NCBI GenBank assembly: GCA_944386695.1
Contig: CALXCB010000001.1
Span: 70,620 to 134,619 of the forward strand
Reading direction: 5' to 3'
DNA length: 64,000 nucleotides
Source: an uncultured Clostridia bacterium
Lineage (GTDB): Bacteria > Bacillota > Clostridia > TANB77 > CAG-508
Shown piece after piece: positions 60,015 through 64,000 of the stretch. A program made the position numbers and the translations under genes. How positions within the stretch are numbered: the stretch's first letter is position 1; every line of letters starts with the position of its first letter. The notes under the pieces were generated by a model. The model saw only the letters and a list, made by a program, of their open reading frames with translations, did not search any database and had not been told where the DNA came from.

Positions 60015-60983
60015 TTATCGTTTTAATATTTCTATTATTTTATAAATTATTATCATTGAAAGCATATGTGATAATAATTCGCCTAAAACCCTTTCTTTTA
60101 ATCTACCATTATTTTTTATTTGTTGTAGTTTGTCTCTTCTAACTTTATCATAAAGAATCTCTTTAATTAAATTCATTATTTTATCATTTTGCTTTAAATG
60201 TCTAATCTGCTTTAACTCCGCTAAGCAGATTTTTATATATTCATTATATATTAATTTTCCATTAAATTTATTTCTTTCAAAAAAATCTTGTTCATAGTCA
60301 TATAATTTTTTTCTTATAGCGATCCTATCTTCATGATATTTGTAATTTAATCCTGATGTTGTCACTCTATATATATATAAGCTTTCACTTATACAAGCAA
60401 TTTTTTTTATATGCTCAAAATATTTTAAATTAAACTCTAAATCCTCTCCAATTGATATATCAGTATTAAATCTTATGTTATTATTAATTATAATTTCCTT
60501 TTTATAAATCTTATTCCATACAACATTAAATAAATTATTTTTTTGCAAAAAAGCAATCATTTTATCTAATTTATAACATTCATATTCTTTTTTTATATTT
60601 TTATATTCTTTTTTCCCATTATTTTTTAATATTGAAAAATTGCATACAGCTAAATCAGTAGTTTCAATTTTTTTTATCATTTTCTCTACAATCTTATAAT
60701 CATACTCATCATCATCATCTATGAACATTATATACTTTCCTCTTGCTACTTCTATACCTATGTTTCTAGCATTAGAAACTCCATTGTTTTCCATTGTTTT
60801 CAAAACTATTCTATTATCTATTTTTTTCATTTCTTGACAAATTTCAAAAGAATTATCAGTTGAACCATCATCAATAATTATTAATTCTATTTCTTTTAAT
60901 GTTTGATTTAATACAGATTCTATAGTGTTCCTTATATTATCTTCTGCATTAAATACTGGTAATATAATCGATACTTTAATCAT
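60015..60983 (-). CDS. GT2 glycosyltransferase
   Basis: SIILPVFNAEDNI, ..IDDGSTD.. and ..IDDDDE motifs. Confidence 0.88.
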   Translation of the reverse strand: MIKVSIILPVFNAEDNIRNTIESVLNQTLKEIELIIIDDGSTDNSFEICQEMKKIDNRIVLKTMENNGVSNARNIGIEVARGKYIMFIDDDDEYDYKIVEKMIKKIETTDLAVCNFSILKNNGKKEYKNIKKEYECYKLDKMIAFLQKNNLFNVVWNKIYKKEIIINNNIRFNTDISIGEDLEFNLKYFEHIKKIACISESLYIYRVTTSGLNYKYHEDRIAIRKKLYDYEQDFFERNKFNGKLIYNEYIKICLAELKQIRHLKQNDKIMNLIKEILYDKVRRDKLQQIKNNGRLKERVLGELLSHMLSMIIIYKIIEILKR

Positions 60984-61467
60984 ATTGTATTTTCTCCATT
61001 TTATAATTATTCTGACTTTTTATTATAGAATTTTTTGTCACATTCTCATTTAATACAATTCCTGCACCAATAACCGAATTTTCACCTATTTCTGTACCTT
61101 TTAATATAACTACATCGCTGCAAATCCAACAATTATCTTCTATTTTAATCTTTTCTGTTTTAAATCCTTGATCTTTTATAAGTGTTTCTTTTTTTGTAAA
61201 AATATGGTTATGATCATATATTTTGACATTTTCTCCAAATAAACAATTTTTTCCAATCTCTATATTTTCCATTGCATTAATTGCACAAAAATTATTAAAA
61301 AAGCATCCATCTCCTATTATTACACTAGCTTTCTTATCTATCATTAGAGAAAATCCCTTTCTAAATGTTACTTTCTTTCCAAATTTTATATGTTTACCAT
61401 ATATAATTTTATAAAAAATCTTTTTTACAAAAGATATTATATGATAATATAATTTTAAAACCAACAT
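60976..61467 (-). CDS. Hexapeptide-repeat (LbH) O-acetyltransferase
   Basis: IGKNCLFGENVKI.. and ..IEDNCWICSDVVILKGTEIGENSVIGAG repeats. Confidence 0.85.
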   Translation of the reverse strand: MLVLKLYYHIISFVKKIFYKIIYGKHIKFGKKVTFRKGFSLMIDKKASVIIGDGCFFNNFCAINAMENIEIGKNCLFGENVKIYDHNHIFTKKETLIKDQGFKTEKIKIEDNCWICSDVVILKGTEIGENSVIGAGIVLNENVTKNSIIKSQNNYKMEKIQYD

Positions 61468-61470
61468 ATA

Positions 61471-62571
61471 TTAACTCCCATATATTTTTCTGTATTCTCG
61501 TAGCATATTATTTAAATTAAAATCATTCATTATAGATTGACTTGCATTTTTAATTATTTCTCCACATTGTCTCTGTTTTATGCAATCATTTATGATTTCT
61601 TTATATTTTAATTCATTATTCGCTACAAATCCATTTTGCCCATCAACAATAACATCTCTATTTCCAACAACATTACTAACAATGCATACTTTTTTTAAGT
61701 ACATAGCTTCTAATAATGAAATTGGCAATCCTTCCCAAAGAGACGTTAGCAAAAATATATCATTATTATTCAAAATTTGCAATACCTCTTCTCTTGTTTT
61801 CCATCCTGTTATCTCAATATTAGGTTCAGTAAGATAATCCTTTAGCTCTCCATCACCTATCCAAGTAAATTTTATATTGGGGAAGTTTTTGGCAATTTCA
61901 TTAAACATTTGTGGATTTTTTTGAAAAGAAATTCTTCCTACTGTACATATTTTTAAATTGTCATAATCAATTTTCTTTTCACTTAAATTTTGTGTTTCTT
62001 GCTTTAGTTTGTCTATATCTATACCATTATTTATGCATACAGAATTTTTATTAAGCTTTCTTGCTTCTTCATACTCTCCCCTTGAACAACCTACTATTGT
62101 ACATTTTCTATTAAATAAAGCCGTAACTTTTTCTATTAACCAATATATTATTCTTTTTAATTTTGAATCATCTTTTTTCAAAAAAGAAAAGCCGTGAGGG
62201 TTATAAAACATTTTAATTTTATTCCCATTCACAGCTAATCTTCCTAATATTCCAGCTTTTGAAGAATGTAAATGGATTATGTCTGGTTTTTCTTCTTTTA
62301 TTATCTCTTTTACTTCTTTTAATGCTTTTATATCTTTTTTGAGATTAATACTTCTAGTGAAGTTTTTTACTTCAATAAACTTTACATTCTTATCAAAAAA
62401 TTCTTTAAAATTCTTTGATGTTTGTGGTCTCAGAGAATAAGCAATAACAATATCATAGTCATTGCTTATTCCATTTATCAAGTCGTTTAATACAGTAAAA
62501 ACTCCTCCCCCAAAAGCTTCTACAATATGTAGCACTTTTTTCTTTTTTTTCACCTTAGATTGCTCCTTCAC
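61471..62571 (-). CDS. GT4 glycosyltransferase
   Basis: GGGVFTV N-terminus and SLWEGLPISLLEAMYLKKV (E-x7-E). Confidence 0.85.
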   Translation of the reverse strand: MKEQSKVKKKKKVLHIVEAFGGGVFTVLNDLINGISNDYDIVIAYSLRPQTSKNFKEFFDKNVKFIEVKNFTRSINLKKDIKALKEVKEIIKEEKPDIIHLHSSKAGILGRLAVNGNKIKMFYNPHGFSFLKKDDSKLKRIIYWLIEKVTALFNRKCTIVGCSRGEYEEARKLNKNSVCINNGIDIDKLKQETQNLSEKKIDYDNLKICTVGRISFQKNPQMFNEIAKNFPNIKFTWIGDGELKDYLTEPNIEITGWKTREEVLQILNNNDIFLLTSLWEGLPISLLEAMYLKKVCIVSNVVGNRDVIVDGQNGFVANNELKYKEIINDCIKQRQCGEIIKNASQSIMNDFNLNNMLREYRKIYGS

Positions 62572-63277
62572 GTTTTACTATTTTTTCAACTGTTTTTTTC
62601 AAAATTTTCATATCTGTTCGTAAGCCATTTTTTCTAAAATAATCCATATCCATATGCATTCTTTCATCAAATGTAACTTCTGATCTTCCACTAATTTGCC
62701 AAAGTCCAGTAACTCCAGGTTTACATGCTACTATGTATTTATAAAAATATGACATATCTTCTTTTTCTCTTTCTAAGTATGGTCTAGGTCCAACTAAACT
62801 CATGTCACCTTTTAATACATTTATAAATTGAGGAAATTCATCTAAACTTGTTTTTCTTATAAAACTGCCTATTTTAGTTACTCTTGGATCATATTTTAAT
62901 TTCTTATATACTTTATATTCTTTTCTAGCTTCTTCATTTTCTTCTAAGTATTTGGCTAATTTTTCATCTGCTCCAACTACCATTGAACGAAATTTATACA
63001 TTTTAAATTTTTTGCCATTTTTTCCAATTCTCTCTTGTGTATAAAATAATGGTCCTTTATCTCCAGAAGCTAAATTAGCTAAAAATATAATTATTGACAA
63101 CGGAATTAAAGCTAAGGCTCCACATATTCCTCCAAGTATATCTACTGTTCTCTTTAGTGTTTTCTCTATTTTTCTCTTAATTTTACTTTTGTATATTGAA
63201 ACATCTTGGTATGGTACTAATGCTGTTGTTATACTGCCGTCTGAAACATACTCTAGTTCCCTAGACTTAACATCCAT
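62555..63277 (-). CDS. Small monotopic phosphoglycosyl (undecaprenyl-phosphate sugar) transferase, the initiating enzyme
   Basis: GPLFYTQERIGKNGKKFKMYKFRSM, ..DE.PQFINVLKGDMSLVGPRP motifs. Confidence 0.9.
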   Translation of the reverse strand: MDVKSRELEYVSDGSITTALVPYQDVSIYKSKIKRKIEKTLKRTVDILGGICGALALIPLSIIIFLANLASGDKGPLFYTQERIGKNGKKFKMYKFRSMVVGADEKLAKYLEENEEARKEYKVYKKLKYDPRVTKIGSFIRKTSLDEFPQFINVLKGDMSLVGPRPYLEREKEDMSYFYKYIVACKPGVTGLWQISGRSEVTFDERMHMDMDYFRKNGLRTDMKILKKTVEKIVKREGAI

Positions 63278-63321
63278 TAAACTTTCCCCCTAATAATTTT
63301 TCTCTCAAAAATTTCTTCATT

Positions 63322-63350
63322 ATTATATCATTTTATAAATTTAATTTCAA
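63322..63350 (-). promoter_or_regulatory. Putative sigma-A promoter of the EPS operon
   Basis: Minus strand reads TTGAAA, 17 nt, TATAAT, about 45 nt upstream of the ATG at 63277. Confidence 0.4.
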
Positions 63351-63366
63351 TACTTTTTGTCAAATT

Positions 63367-63858
63367 TTATGTCAATTTGTCGTTTTTTATCTTTTGAACT
63401 AATTTTAGTAAAATTATTACTATAATAATTCCAACAATCACACCGCAAGAATCTATGCAAACATCGCTTACTAAAGGGGTTCTATCAGGAGTAAAAGACT
63501 GATGAATCTCATCAGAAATAGCATATAAAACTCCTACACCAAAACTTATTCCAACTCTTTTTATTTGTTTTAAATCATATGTACTCATTAAGCTCATCAT
63601 TAATATTCCTACTAATGTATAAATTGAAAAATGTGCTATTTTTCTTATAACATGTTCTATTTCACCTAAAACTTTTTCTTTTTTGTTTTTTTCTAATTCT
63701 TGTATCGATTTTATATCTTTTGTCACTCTGTTTGTAACTTCTCTACTTAAACTTCCTGACTCTTCTCCGTCTTGGCTCGAAAAATTAAATATTGTCATGA
63801 ATAACATTATAAGTAAGATTATCAATATCGCCCTTAGTATATTTATTTTTATATTCAT
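63367..63858 (-). CDS. VanZ-family membrane protein
   Basis: Motifs ..IRKIAHFSIY.. and ..DEIHQSF.P.R. with 4 TM segments. Confidence 0.8.
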   Translation of the reverse strand: MNIKINILRAILIILLIMLFMTIFNFSSQDGEESGSLSREVTNRVTKDIKSIQELEKNKKEKVLGEIEHVIRKIAHFSIYTLVGILMMSLMSTYDLKQIKRVGISFGVGVLYAISDEIHQSFTPDRTPLVSDVCIDSCGVIVGIIIVIILLKLVQKIKNDKLT

Positions 63859-63903
63859 TAATTATTCTGCCCCTCCTAAAAAATACGCCACAAATATATT
63901 TAA

Positions 63904-64000
63904 TTATTTATTCTTTTGAATATAGTTCCAAGAATCTCTACACATATCTTCCACTGTTCTTGTTGCTTTCCAACCTAATTCATTTTCAGCCTTAGTTGGA
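63904..64000 (-). CDS. UDP-glucose 4-epimerase-like protein, C-terminal end only (gene continues beyond the window)
   Basis: Minus-strand translation gives ..PTKAENELGWKATRTVEDMCRDSWNYIQKNK*, typical of a GalE C-terminus. Confidence 0.6.
   Translation of the reverse strand, partial: PTKAENELGWKATRTVEDMCRDSWNYIQKNK

Overview
Very AT-rich chromosomal segment from a spore-forming, Clostridia-like Firmicute. An alpha/beta SASP gene is present. About 59 of 60 genes lie on the minus strand. No rRNA, tRNA, CRISPR array, transposase or integrase was recognised.

Layout:
- 1-14.7 kb: ABC-transporter-dependent cell-wall glycopolymer locus. It holds two GtrB-like polyprenyl-P glycosyltransferases, GT-C membrane transferases, a TagG/TagH-like exporter, GT2/GT4 enzymes and a pyruvyltransferase fused to an Fe-S protein.
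- 15.0-15.7 kb: a GC-richer foreign fragment. It encodes an FGE/C-type-lectin-fold protein whose C-terminus looks like a diversity-generating-retroelement (DGR) variable region. No reverse transcriptase or template repeat is in the window.
- 15.9-41.7 kb: housekeeping block. It holds groES-groEL with CIRCE, uppP, a GH15 enzyme, a beta-CASP nuclease, ftsK, rsmD, a DUF951 gene, gltX, rnj, uvrA, a Cof-type HAD hydrolase, the SASP gene, two GC-richer tandem-OB SSB-like paralogs, rnhA and glgP.
- 41.7-63.3 kb: Wzx/Wzy-type EPS/capsule locus. It holds CpsB/C/D, a priming sugar transferase, GT2/GT4 enzymes, EpsG, Wzx, acyl/acetyl/pyruvyl transferases and a second Fe-S protein. Embedded in it are a sortase, an LPXTG cohesin-like protein and a 1145-aa clan GH-A hydrolase with a C-terminal dockerin.

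Most unusual observation: five genes (GT-C transferase, ftsK, DUF951, uvrA, cpsC/wzz) each need a +1 frame change. In every case the break maps to an in-frame CGG codon followed by a +1-frame GGN glycine codon. In a manual scan, no other in-frame CGG was seen in native low-GC genes. This is either CGG-dependent +1 recoding or a systematic indel artefact or mutation pattern, and it needs read-level checking.
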